Shown one piece after another: positions 39,209-52,088 of a stretch of 64,000 nucleotides of DNA. Source of the stretch: Mobula hypostoma (taxonomy: Eukaryota); the NCBI RefSeq assembly GCF_963921235.1, contig NC_086097.1, positions 204,044,001-204,108,000 on the forward strand, written 5' to 3'. How positions within the stretch are numbered: position 1 is the stretch's first letter; every line of letters begins with the position of its first letter. The notes beneath the pieces are model-generated. The model did not search any database and was not told the DNA's origin. It saw nothing but the letters and a program-made list of their open reading frames with translations. The position numbers were made by a program, and so were the translations under genes.

Positions 39209-42109
39209 CTTTAGAATACTTCTTCCTCTTTGAGATGTATACATCCTGTGCCTTCCGAATTGCTTCCAGAAGTATCAACCATTGCTGCTCTGCTGCCAGT
39301 GTTATTTTCCATTCAGTTCTGGCCAAATCCTCTTTCAATCCTCTGTAATTCCCTTTACTCCACTGTAAAACGGATTCATCCGAAGTTACCTTCTCCTTCT
39401 CAAATTTCAGGTATGATGGTCACACCCCTCAGGTTTCCTTTACTTTAAACTCACTAATCAATTCCAGTTCATTGCTCAATACCCAATCCAGAATAACTGA
39501 TCCCCTAGTGGGCTCAACCACGAACTGCTCTAAAAAGCCATCTAAAAGGCACTCTAGAAATTGCCCCTACTGAAATCCAGTACCAAAACTGCTCACAATA
39601 CTCCAAGTGAGGCCTTGCCAGTGCTTTATAAAGTCTCAACATTATATCCTTGCTTTTATATTCTAGTCCTCTTGAAATGAATGCTACCATTGTATTTGCC
39701 TTCCCCAGCACAGACTCAGCCTGTGAATTAACCTTTAGGGAATCCTGCACAAGCACTCCCAAGTTATGACAATACACTTCCAGACTCCGTATACCATCTG
39801 TTACCTCTTTGCCTACTATCTGGCCTTGCACTTAAATTGTCCAAGCACCAGGTCGTTTTCCCACACTCAGCCCCAGACTCCACCACAGTGATATGCTCAG
39901 GGCTGCTTCCAGCCCATACTTGACCTTTCCAATCTACGTAAACCGGGTGCTTAGATGGATCAAACCTAGCTCCTGGTTTAGGTAGATTGGCTCCGAAACA
40001 GCTCTACTTCAACTTTCCTCCACTCCGCTCACTCCAACCTCATCTCCAACTCTGACTTCGAATCCAACCTATCCTGGAACATGCCTCGGCCTTGCTCTGA
40101 CTTTGTATCACACACACAATCCTCAACCCTCGGATCAGCCTTGTTTTCACTCACCTCTTCATTGTCTACCACAATTTTCCATGTAAAAAGTGTATTAATA
40201 GAGTATTTCGTCAAATTGCTTTGAAAACCTCCAGTAAGCTGTTGCCCACCTTCAGCAGTGCTATTGTAAATGGATCCGTATGAGAGATTGACCATAGCTC
40301 CAGTGAGCTGACAGAAAGCCTTCCAGAACAAGGAGGTAAACTGAGGGATTGGTCAGAAACAACATACTGGGAGAGAGCCAAGCACTCTAAACACATGTTG
40401 CATCAGAAGGTTAGCTGTTTCCTGAGCATCCGGAAGCATGAGTAGGGGTACAGTGTGGCAGGCCTTGGAAAACCAGTCAACCACAACCATTAGCACAGTT
40501 TTACCTTGCAATAGTGGCAGACCGGTAATGAAGTCCTTGGAGATATGGTTCCAGGAACAGGAAGTAATCCGCAGTAGGTATAACAGCCCTTCTGGACATG
40601 AGCTAATTTCCTTATTCTGGCTAACATGTTATATTTGACATAGCCTGATGAAGTTGGAGGAATGCTTTGACCGCCTCTCTTCTGCTAATTGAGTGGTCAA
40701 ACACCCTCTTCATTTCCTAGCTGAAAAGAGATATGTCTGCACAACTTGGAGAGTTCCTCTTCCAGATCAGCATAGCCCAAGTAATAGTTTTGCTAGAGAG
40801 GAGAGGGATGATATAGGCCACTTTATGGTGATCAGAGGGAAAGTTGGTAGGTTGCAGCTCGAAAGCCAGAGAATATAAGGCATGAAAACCTCCACATGTC
40901 CTTGGGTTGCCACCACATCTCTCAGGCACTGACAGATACAGGGCACCACTATGGGAACCAGGAGGAACCAGAACAGTTCAAGCAAGTGATGCCTCTATGT
41001 TGGCAGGAGCTGAGGTGGCAGCAGGGGTTTGTGGGCTCAGCTGGATGGTCTCGGTGAATGACTGCAGAGTAGTAAAAATCTGTTTGAGCATATACTCTTG
41101 TCTCCCCATCATGACTTCCTGGCTGGCCAGCACTGATTGGAGATGTTCATACTCTGCTGAGTCCATGAATGGCTCAGCCTTGATGTTACAGGTGGTTGCC
41201 AGGCTGGCTTTGAAATGGGATTGGTATGGTGAAGTTCTCTATCTTTAACTAGTTGACTACCAGGAAAGACTTAGACCAGATGGACCCAAGTGCAGAGGAG
41301 ACCAGAGATGAGGATGGAATTGAACAAATAATCTTAACTGGAGGATTGGTTAGTAGAGAATGCAGATTAAGATTCGGGAATCAGTAGGTAGGTAAGATTG
41401 AGCCAAGATGAACAAAACAGAGGGAACTTAAATAGACAAAAAAAAACAAAGCACAGGGTCACTGATAATTAAAACAAGACACAGTTGAAAATAATCAACT
41501 AGTAGTTGGGGCGGAGGAGCATTGGAGCCTGGAGGACCCTGCAGCTCCCCAGCTGGTCAGACCGAAGCATGACACCAGAGGGCATGCATTTAAGGTGAGA
41601 AGGATTTACTTAGAGAGATACAGCGCAGAACAGCCCTTTCAAGACACCGAGATGTGCCGTCCAGCAACCCACCTGTTCAATGCTAGCCTAATCACTGGAT
41701 GATTTAGAATGGCCATTGAACCTACTAACCAGTATGTCTTTGGACTAACGGGAGCACCAGAAAGAAGCAGACATGCACATGGGAAGGGACATATGGACTT
41801 GCTTACAGAGGGCACTGGAACTGAGCTCTGAAATCCGACACCCCGAGTGGCAGCAGTGACATGCTAATGACTACCTAAGGAGATGTGCGGGGGCAGGTGT
41901 TTTACACAGGTGGGTGCCTGGCATGCATTACCTGAGGTAGTGGTCGAGGCAAATATGACAGAGGCATTCGATTGGCTTTTGGGTAGGCACATGAATGTGG
42001 AGGGGATGGAAAGATATTAACATTGTGTTGGCAGGATTAGTCTATTTGGACATTTGATTACTTATTTACTTAGTTTGGCACAAAATTGTGTGCTGGTGAA
42101 TCCAATCTA

Positions 42110-42632
42110 TACCTAGTGACCACTTTATTAGGTACCCCTGCTTGTTACTGCAAATATCTAATGTAGCAGGAACTCAATGCGTAACATTATGCAGACATAG
42201 TTAAGAGGTTCAGTCATTCTTCAGTCCACACATCAGAATGGGGAAGAAATGTGATCTTAGTGACGTTGACTGTGGAATGAATGTTGGTGCCAGTTGGGGT
42301 GGTTAGAGCGGTTCAGAAACTGCTGATGTCCTCAGAGATTCATGTACAATCGTCTCTAGAGTTTACAGGGAACGGTGCAAAAAGAAAGAAAAAATCCAGT
42401 GAGCAGCAGTTCTGTGTGTGAAATGCCTTGTTAATGAGAGAGGTCAGAGGAGAATGGCAAGACTGGTTCAAGCTGACAGGAAGGCAACAATAACTCAACC
42501 ACGCATTACAACAGTGGTGTGCAGAAGAGTGTTTCTGAATGCAGAATGTGTTGAACCTTGAAGTGGATGGGCTACAGCTGCAGAAACCGCAAATGTACAC
42601 TCAGTGGCCACTTTAACAGTTACAGGAGGTAC
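42110..42632 (+). mobile_element. Tc1-family non-autonomous element (transposase N-terminal HTH remnant)
   Basis: ATG at 42238 reads MGKKCDLSDVDCGMNVGA..; terminal motif agtg(a/g)ccacttta at both ends. Confidence 0.7.
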
Positions 42633-42924
42633 TATAATGATTTTTCTATTAAATGAAGTGAAATTATAATATCTGTGCCTATATGAATAGAATGAATATT
42701 AATATCGGTAAATGTTATATACAGCTGTTTATGTTGGTATGTAGGAAATACTGGGAAAATATATCTCAGCAATGGTATTCAGTTTAATAAATCTAGGAGT
42801 GCACAATGAATATGACGAACAGTAGGGTGGGCTATTAATTCAGGTAGAAGGCCATAAAATGAAAATCTCACCATGACAACTTGTGAAAGTAAATTTAATG
42901 AATTTGGTAATTTGTGGGATAGAT

Positions 42925-44262
42925 ATTCGAGGGAACTCCTAAGGGATGTCCTATCCACCTATGGATGCCCTGAAAAGTACATTGGAATCCTGAGACTCCT
43001 CCACGATGGCATGCTTGCCACAGTCATGGTCAGCAACATTAACTGTGAGCCTTTTCAAGTTAGATCAGGAGTAAAACAGGGATGCGTGATTGCCCCAACT
43101 TTGTTCACCATCTTCTTTGCAACAATCATCCACATTATCAAGGATGACCTACCCCCAGGAATTGAAATTGTCTACAGAACAGATGGCAGACTTTTCAATC
43201 TTGCCCGTCTCAAGTCCAAAACGAAGACATCCACGAGTTCCCTCATCGAGTTCCAATACGCAGATGACAACAGTGTTGCAGCTCTTTCAGAAAACCACCT
43301 ACAACACATTCTGACTGCCCTCAACTGTGCATACACGAAACTTGTACTTACCATCAATTCCAAGAAGACTCAGATCATCTATCAACCGTCACCAATTGAG
43401 ACAAATCGGATAGAACCATCATTTCAACTTGGCGAAACAACCCTGGAAAACGTGGACCACTTTCTGTATCTTGGAAGTCACCTCCCCTCCAATGTCGACC
43501 ATAATGACGAGATCCAACATCGTCTTAAATGCACTGGAACAGCTTTTGGACGTCTTCGAACAAGAGTCTTTCATGATCGTGACATCCGAACAGACACCAA
43601 AATGTTAGTGTACAAAGCAGTAGTAATCCCAATGCTCCTGTATGCATCAGAAACCTGGACAACATACCGACGACATCTGAAGACACTTGAAAAGTTCCAT
43701 CAACGCTGTCTTTGAAACATCTTCAATATCAGCTGGGAAGATAGAAGAACCAACGTCAGTGTGCTAAATGAAGCAAAAACAACAGGCATTGAAGCCTACA
43801 TCATCAAGAACCAACTAAGTTGGAGCGGTCATGTTGTTCGGATGAAAGACGAACGTCTGCTGAAACAAATCTTCTACTCCCAACTTAAAGAAGGCAAATG
43901 TAAAAGAGGCGGACAACAGAAGAGATTCAAAGACGTCTTAAAAGCCAACATGAAGAAATATAACGTCGACATCAACAATTGGGAAACCAATGCCAAGGAC
44001 AGAAAACTCTGGCAAGCCATCATCCGAGAAGGAACAGCAACTTTTGAAGCCAACAGATGTACAGAATTAGAAGAAAAGAGAAGAAAATGGAAAGAGAGGC
44101 AGCAACAACCAAAGCCCGATCTGCCATCTGGAACTACCTGTCCTGAATGCCGAAGAACTTTCAAAGCCAAGATTAGACTCATAAGTCAGTTGAGAGCCCA
44201 TAAGTAGATCAACAGAACAAAGACCATCATCCTCGACCTCGAGGGATAGCCACGACGATAAA
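42925..44262 (+). mobile_element. RTE-clade (BovB-like) LINE, 5'-truncated, near-intact frame
   Basis: GVKQGCVIAPTLFTIFF, YRTDGRLFNL, QYADD, YASETWT, WSGHVVRM; C-terminal CPECRRTFK zinc finger; one in-frame TGA at 43713-43715. Confidence 0.9.
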
Positions 44263-47200
44263 GCCTGAACTGACTCACTAATGTCCTTCAGGGAAGGGAA
44301 ACTACCTACAGTGTATATGTTTCCAATTTTATACTGTATGGTCAGCTCCATGGTAGCAAATGAGAACTTTCTTGGTAAAAACAGAAAAAGGAACTGTGCT
44401 ATTGGGCTAGTTTTTAATTGGACCAAATCTTTATATTAGCAATAGAGCACAGCACCTTCTGAATGTGAAATCCAGAAAAAAAAAGTGAGAATAATAAGAA
44501 ATTTGTAAAAGTACAATATACAATAAAACTAAAAGCTACTTTATGTGTGAATGCTGTATATGTACAGCACAATAGTTGGGTGTAGCAACACTATCACTTC
44601 TCTGGCACTGTAAAACAGTTTCCAGTTCATAATGATTACATACTCCAGAGACCAAACTCCATACGACTCTAGAACACAGCTGTGGGGGAAAAAGAGAAAG
44701 AGACAAGTGCAAAGAGAAATTCAGTGTGTATCGTACACCATCAGAAATCTATAAGTAGAAAGTGAGAAGAAAAGATTGTGACAGCCTTTGCCTAAAACCA
44801 CAAGACAACTGAGACAAGGCGTATGGATCCAGATATGGCATCCATATGCCATATGGATCAATGGATGTCTATAAGCATGTAAGCCAAGGTTTTCATAGAA
44901 CATAGAACATAGAACATAGAAATCTACAGTAAACTACAGGCCTTTCAGCCCACAATGTTGTACTGACCATGTAACCTACTATAGAAACTGCCTGAAATTT
45001 TCCCTAGCGCAGAGCTGTCTATTTTTCTAAGCTTCATGTACCTACCTAAGAGGCTCTTAAAAGATCCTATTGTATCTACCTCAACCATTGTCACTGGCAG
45101 TGCATTCCACGCACCCATCACTCTCTGTGTGAAAAACTTACTTCTGACATCCACCCCCACCCCATACGTACATCCAAGCACCTTAAAACTATGCCCCCTC
45201 ATTTTAACCATTTCAGCCCTGGGAAAAAATCCTCTGGCTATCCACACAATCAATGCCTCTCATCATCTTATATACCTCTATCAGGTCACCTCTCATGCTC
45301 TGTCGCTCCAAGGGTCAAAGGCCAAGTTCACTCAACCAATTCTCATAAGGTATGCTCTCCAATCCAGACAACTTTCTTGTAAATCTCCTCTGCACTCTTT
45401 CCATAGTATCTACATCCTTCCTGTAGTGAGGTGACCAGAACTGAACACAGTACTCCAAGTGAGGTCTAACCAATATCTTTTATAGCTGTAATATTACCTC
45501 ACAGCTCTTGAACTCATTCTCACGGTTGATGAAGGCCAACACATAATACGCCTTCATAACATCCCTGCCAACCTGTGCAGCAGCTTTGAGTGTCCTATGA
45601 ATACAGACTCCAAGATCTCGCTGATCCTCCAAACTGCTAAGAGTCTTAACATTAATATTATATTCCGTCTTCAAATTTGACTTCCCAAAATGAACCACTT
45701 CACACTTATCTGGGTTGAACTCTGTCTCCTTAATCTCAGCCCAGTTCTGCATCCTATTGATGTCCCGCTGACGCCTCTGACAACTCTCTGCAACACCCCC
45801 AAACTTACTAACCCACCTTTCTACTTCCTCAGCCAGGGCACTTATAAAAATCACAAACAGGAGGGGTTCCAGAACAGATCCCTGCAGAACATCACTGGTC
45901 ACTGTCCTCCATGAAGATTATGAACCATCCGCAACCACCCTTTTCCTTCTGTGGGCAAGCCAATTCTGGATCCACAAAGTAAAGTCTCCATGGATCCCAT
46001 GCCTCCTTACTTTCTGAATGAGCCTGGCATGGGGAACCTCATCAAATGCCTTACTGAAATCCATACACTGGTCTACCTTCATCAATGTATTTTGTTACAT
46101 CCTCAAAGAATTCAATTAGGCTCATAAGGCACGACCTGCCCTTTGCAAAGCCATGCTGACTATCCCTGATCAGATATGTCTCTCCAGATGCTCACAAATC
46201 CTGCCTCTCAGGATCTTCTCCAACAACTTTTCCACCACTGAAGTAAGACTCAATGCCACAAGAGGACACAGGTTTAAGGTGCTGGGGAGTAGGTACAGAG
46301 GAAATGTCAGGGGTAAGTTTTTTTATGCAGAGAGTGGCGAGTGCGTGGAATGGGCTGCCGGCAATGGTGGTGGAGGCAGATACGATAGGGTCTTTTAAAA
46401 GACTTTTGGATAGGTACATGGAGCTCAGAAAAATAGAGGGCTATGTGTAAGCCTAGTAATTTCTAAGGTAGGGACATGTTCGGCACAACTTTGTGGGCTG
46501 AAGGGCCTGTATTGTGCTGTAGGTTTGCTATGTTTCTATGTCTGTAGTTTCCTGGGTTATCTCTACTCCCTTTCTTGAACAAGGGGACAAAATTTGCAAA
46601 CCTCCAATCCTCTGGTACTTCTCCCGTCCCTATTGATGATGCAAAGATCAACACCAGAGGCTCAGCAATCTCCTCCCTTGCTTTTCACAGTAGACTGGAG
46701 TATATCTTGTCCAGACCTGGCGATTTACCTAAGTTAATGCTTTTCAAAAGCTCCAGCATATCCTCTTTCTTAATGTCTGTATGTTCAAGTATTTCAGTCC
46801 ACTCTAAGACAGCCCCAGAATTGCCATGGTCCTTTTTCCTGGTGAATACTGAAGCAAAGTATTCATTAAGTACCTCTTCTACTTCCTCGGACTCCATGCA
46901 AACGTTTCCACCATCACACCTGATTGGTCCTACTCTCAGATGGCTCATCCTCTTGCTCTTCACATACTTGTGGAATGCCTTGGGGTTTTCCTTAGTCCTG
47001 CTCACCAAGGTCTTCTCATGGCCCCTTCTAGCTCTTCTAATTTCATTCTTAAGCTCCTTCCTGGAAACCTTGTAACTTTCTAGAGCTCTATCAGTACCGA
47101 GTTTCTTGAACTTTTTGTAAGCTTTTCTTTTCTTCTTAACTAGATTTTCTACATCCTTTGTACACCATTGTTCTTTTACCCTATCATCCTTTACCTGACT

Positions 47201-48550
47201 TAATGGAACATACCTGTGCAGTATGCCATGCAAATGTTCCCTGAACATTTGCCACATTTCTGACTTGCATTTCCCTGTGAACATCTACTCCCAAGTTTCT
47301 GCTTAATAGCATCATATTCCCAATTGTCTGCTCCTATCCCTCTCCAGTACTATGGTGAAGGAGATAAGAGTTGTGATCACTACCTCCAAAATGCTCTCCC
47401 ACCGAGAGATCTGACACCTGACCAGGATCATTTCCCAATACCAGATCAAGTACAACCTCTCCCCTAGTTGGCTTATCTACAAATTGTGTCAGGAAGCTTT
47501 CCTGAACACACCTAATAAACTCTGCCCCACCCAAACCCCATGCTCTAAGGAGATGCCAGCCAATCTTAGAAAAGTTAAAATCACCCATCACAATGACCTT
47601 ATTGCATCATTCCAGAATATGCCTCCCTATCTGCTCCTCGATACTTCTGTAACTATTGGGGTGGGGGGGGGGGTCTATAAAAAAACACCCAGTAGAATTA
47701 TTGATTATTGCCTCCTTTCTGTTTCTGACTTCCACCACAAACAATCCCTCCATGACTTCCTCCTTTTCTGCAGCCGGGATATTATCCTTGATTAGCAGTG
47801 CCACTCCCCCACTTCTTCTGTCCTTTTTGAAACATCTAAAGCCTGGCACACTCAACAGCCATTCCTGCCCCTGAGACATCCAAGTCTCTGTAATGGCCAC
47901 AACGTCATAGTCCCTTGTATTGATCCATGCTCTAAGTTCATCCACCTTGTTTATGATACTCCTTGCATTAAAATAGACACATCTCAAGCCATCTGGCTGA
48001 GTGCATCTTTGCTCTATCATCTGCCTATCCTTCTTCAGAAACCCCCTGCAAGCTGCCTCTACTTGTGCACCAACTGCCCCATCCTCTGCATCTTCACTTT
48101 GGTTCCCACCCCCTTGCAAATCTCGTTTAAACCCTCCCGAATAGCATTAACAAATCTCCCTCCCAGGATATTGATTCCCCTCCAGTTCAGTTGCAACTTG
48201 TCCCACTTGTACAGGTCACCTCTTCCCCAGAAAGGGTTCCAGTGATCCAAGAACTTGAAACCCTGTCCCTTGCACCATATTCTCAGCCGTTCATTCATCT
48301 GTGCTATCTTCCTGTTCTGGGCTTAGCTCATTGCACCATGGAGATGACCAGCTTGGAGGTCCCGCTCTTCAGCCCCCTTCCTAACTCCCTGAACTTACTG
48401 TGCAGGACCTCTACCCCTGTCCTGCCTGTGTCATTGGTACCAATATGTACCACAACCTCCGGCTGCTCACCCTCCCCTTCAACAATATTCTGTAACCACT
48501 CAGAGACATCCTGGACCCTTGCACCCGGGAGGCAACCACACTATTCTGCT

Positions 48551-49165
48551 ACACACATCAAAGTTGCTGGTGAACGCAGCAGGCCAAGCAGCATCTATAG
48601 GAAGAGGCGCAGTCGACGTTTCAGGCCGAGACCCTTCGTCAGGACTAACTGAAGGAAGAGTGAGTAAGGGATTTGAAAGCTGGAGGGGGAGGGGGAGATG
48701 CAAAATGATAGGAGAAGACAGGAGGGGGAGGGATAGAGCCGAGAGCTGGACAGGTGATAGGCAAAAGGGGATACGAGAGGATCATGGGACAGGAGGTCCG
48801 GGAAGAAAGACGGGGGGGGGGTGACCCAGAGGATGGGCAAGAGGTATATTCAGAGGGACAGAGGGAGAAAAAGGAGAGTGAGAGAAAGAATGTGTGCATA
48901 AAAAAGAGTAACAGATGGGGTACGAGGGGGAGGTGGGGCCTAGCGGAAGTTAGAGAAGTCAATGTTCATGCCATCAGGTTGGAGGCTACCCATACGGAAT
49001 ATAAGGTGTTGTTCCTCCAACCTGAGTGTGGCTTCATCTTTACAGTAGAGGAGGCCGTGGATAGACATGTCAGAATGGGAATGGGATGCGGAATTAAAAT
49101 GTGTGGCCACTGGGAGATCCTGCTTTCTCTGGCGGACAGAGCGTAGATGTTCAGCAAAGCGGTCT
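48551..49165 (-). mobile_element. Penelope-like element, 3' 615 bp, young family
   Basis: Nearly identical to 52091-52703; flanked by CTATTCTGCT duplication. Confidence 0.88.
48611..48646 (-). ncRNA. Minimal type-I hammerhead ribozyme, intact consensus
   Basis: Minus reads AGTC-CTGACGA-AGG(gtctcgg)CCT-GAAACGTC-GACT, with GUC cleavage triplet. Confidence 0.8.
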
Positions 49166-52088
49166 ATTCTGCTATTCTGCTGTCTCTTTTGCTGCCGCAG
49201 AATCTCCTATCTGTCCCCCTATCTATCGAGTCCCCTCTGATTTTTGCTCCGCCTGACTTCAACCTACCCTTCTGAGGCTCAGAGCCGACCACACTGCTAT
49301 TTGTCTGGCTGCTGCTGCCTTGCACAGATAGGTCATCCCTCTCATCAATATCCAAAGGGGTCTACCTGTTGCTGAGGGGAGTGGCGACAGGGGGACCCTG
49401 CACTGACTTCTTTCTCCCTTTACCTCTCTCGATGTTCACCCATCTACTCCCTGAATTCTGCACTTTGGTTGTAACCACCTGCTCAAAAGTCTTATCTGTC
49501 AATTGCTCTACCTCCCGGATGATCCTTAGTTCATCCAACTCCAGCTTCAGCTCCTTAATGTGATCTTTCAGGAGCAGGAGTTGGCTGCACTTCCTGCAGG
49601 TGTAGTCAGGAAGACCGTCAGCTTCCAGGAATTCCCACGTCCTACAGGAGGAGCATTCCACTGCCATATCTGCCATCCTGGCTGCATTGTACTATGGGCA
49701 ACCAAGACCAAATCAGCAATAACAAAAGGAAACCTCTACCTTTCTTACTTGTTCCTTTGGCCTCAGCCTCTTCTTGTCGAAGCCTCTAAGTTTTCACTCT
49801 GACTCTAGCCCCCACTCCGATGAGAGCCGCTCCAACGATGGATGCTCCACTAGACCATATCTCTCTTTTATGGTTTAAAAAATAAGAAAAGCCCCCCTGC
49901 ACGGAGAAAGAACTCAGTGTGTCTGGTGGTGCTCTGCCTGCCTTTTGTGCTGCCGATGTTTCTGACACTTTCCAAGCCTACGTACTGGCTACTGTTTCAC
50001 TGTTCTTATGCAGGTATTAATGTTATTAGTGGAGTGAAATAACCTGTAGTGTAACAGTATGTCTTGAATAACATTAATGTTTGAGAATCTTTATACACGA
50101 CATGAAACAATAAGAATACCATTTTTTGTTGCATGTGTATGAATATTGTTATCAGGTATAATGAGCAGAGTTATGTAGGAAAGGGCCTCTGTTAAAACTC
50201 TATTTACATTAATTTCTCCCTGGTAAGTAATAATATTTTACTGACATTTTTGTTTTACTCATACTTTGACTGAAAGGCACACCAGGGTTTCACAACAGAA
50301 CACAAATTAAAAACTGTCTGTGGATAAGGCTGCCAATTTGCACAAACCTGTATCTATTCTGGGTGGAGTAGTGGCACCTCATGTAACAACAAGCCATTTG
50401 ATCACCAGTATTTCTAAACTGTAAAGAAAAGTGAAGAAATCAGAATATTCAGATAATGTTTGATTTCATTGTTAATAAATTTGATTTCTAATCTGAATAT
50501 TTTTGAAAGAATTCTTAAAAAAAATAGGACAGCATCGTGAAATCCATTTCAGACAAGGTATTGATAATTTTTGAATAAGAAACCATAGTTCTTAAAACAA
50601 ATGGTGTCCAAGACCGAAAAGGGATTTAGGGTAAATTTAGTGATATGTGAAATTCTCAAATAAAAACTGAAAATGCTAAGGTAACTAAATAGATCAAGCA
50701 GCGTCTGTTCAGTGAGATACTAAGGGAAAGTTTCAGGACAATGACAACATTTAAAATGAGAAAACTGAGAAAAAGTGCAAAATACTTCACACTGACCTCT
50801 GATTTTTACAAGTAACATTTTGTTTCTATTCTTTAATGTTACTAATTATTTTTCCAAAACAGTTGTACATTAGGAAAATATTCTTGGGTATTCATGCAAT
50901 CATAAGACAGACCATAAGACCATAAAACATTGGAGCAGAATGAGGCCACTCAGCCCATCATGTCAATTCCACCATTAGATCATGGGTGATTTATTATCCC
51001 TCTCAATCCCATTCTTCTGCCTTCTCCCCATAATTTATGACAACCCTACTAACCAAGAACCTATCAACCTCCTCTTTAAATATACTCAATGACTTGGCCT
51101 CCATAGCCATCCATGGCAATGAATTCCACAGATTCACCACCATCTGGCTAAAGAAATTCCTTCCCTTCTCTGTTCTATATGGACATCCTGTGATTCTGAG
51201 GTCCTAAACTCACCCACTATAAGAAATATCCTCGGCACAGCCATTCTGTCTAGACCTTTCAATATTCAATAGGTTTCAAACTCACCTTCCCCCCCCCACC
51301 CCCCATTCTTCCAAACTCCACTGAGTACAGGCCCAGAGCCATCAACCGCTCCTCATGTGTTAACACTTTCATTCCCGGAATCATTCTTGTGAACTTCCTC
51401 TGGACCTCCTCCAATGCTAGCATATCCTTTTTCAGATAAGCGGCCCTAAGCCGCTCACAAAACTCCAAATGTGGTCTGATCGGTGCCTTATGAAGCCTCA
51501 GCATCACATCCTTGCTCTTATATTCTAGTCCTCTCAAAATGAGTGCTGACATTGCATTTGCCTTCCTTACCACCGACTCAACCTGCAGGTTAAAACTGAT
51601 GGAAGCCTGCACATGGACTCTCAAGTCCCTTTGCAACTCTGAATTTTGAATGTTCTTTCCATTTAGAAAATAGTCTATGCCTTTATTCCTTCTACCAAAC
51701 TTATGACCATACACACCCCTACACTATGTTCCATCTACCGCTTCTTTGCCTAGTCTTCCAATCTGTCCAAGTCCTTCTACAGACTTGCTGCTTCCTCAAT
51801 ACTACTTGACCTTCCACCTATCTTTTCATTGTCTGCAAACTTGGTCACAAAGCCATCAATTAGATCATCCAAATTGTTAACATATAACATGAAAAGAAGT
51901 GGTCCCAATACCCACCACTTGTCAGCAGCAGCCAAATGGAATAGGCCCTTTTTTTGCCTCCTGTCAGTCAGCCAATATTCTATCCATGCTAATATCTTTC
52001 CTTTAATAGCATGGGCTCTTACCTTGTTAATCAGCCTCATTTGTGGCATCCTGTCAAAAGCCTTCTGAAAATACAAGTAAACAACACC

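Larger units (their letters stand above)
33001..39790 (-). mobile_element. CR1 (minus) host with nested CR1 and Rex insertions
   Basis: Host pieces 33001-34133, ~36020-36496 and 39209-~39575; ORFs 33074..33475, 33748..34002. Confidence 0.75.
31685..41574 (-). mobile_element. Gypsy/chromovirus (Sushi-like) LTR retrotransposon, decayed, with nested LINEs
   Basis: Two homologous LTRs: 41184-41574 (TG..CA) and 31685-~33000 (interrupted, truncated). Gag-like ORFs 40978..41166 and 40717..40929 (PERCGGNPRTCGGF..SLAFELQP..KVAYII). Integrase remnants ~40180-40620. Confidence 0.75.
44893..49950 (-). mobile_element. Near full-length decayed CR1 (ORF1 zinc finger/leucine zipper/esterase + ORF2) with nested insertions
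   Basis: ORF1 49362..49676 (CSSCRTWE, YTCRKC, heptad leucines); esterase (GDSI); APE 47607..48119 (FNARSI, ITETW); RT pieces; (catagaa)n tail ~44895-44920; nested CR1 3' end ~46250-46540. Confidence 0.88.

Noticed and set aside
40717..41166. Domesticated Sushi-derived gene (PEG10/RTL-like)
   Set aside because: Frameshifted and fragmented, still flanked by LTRs, so a decayed retrotransposon
44893..44922. Short tandem arrays (catagaa)n, (catagt)n, (ccataaga)n as CRISPR-like or satellite features
   Set aside because: They are LINE 3' microsatellite tails with no spacers
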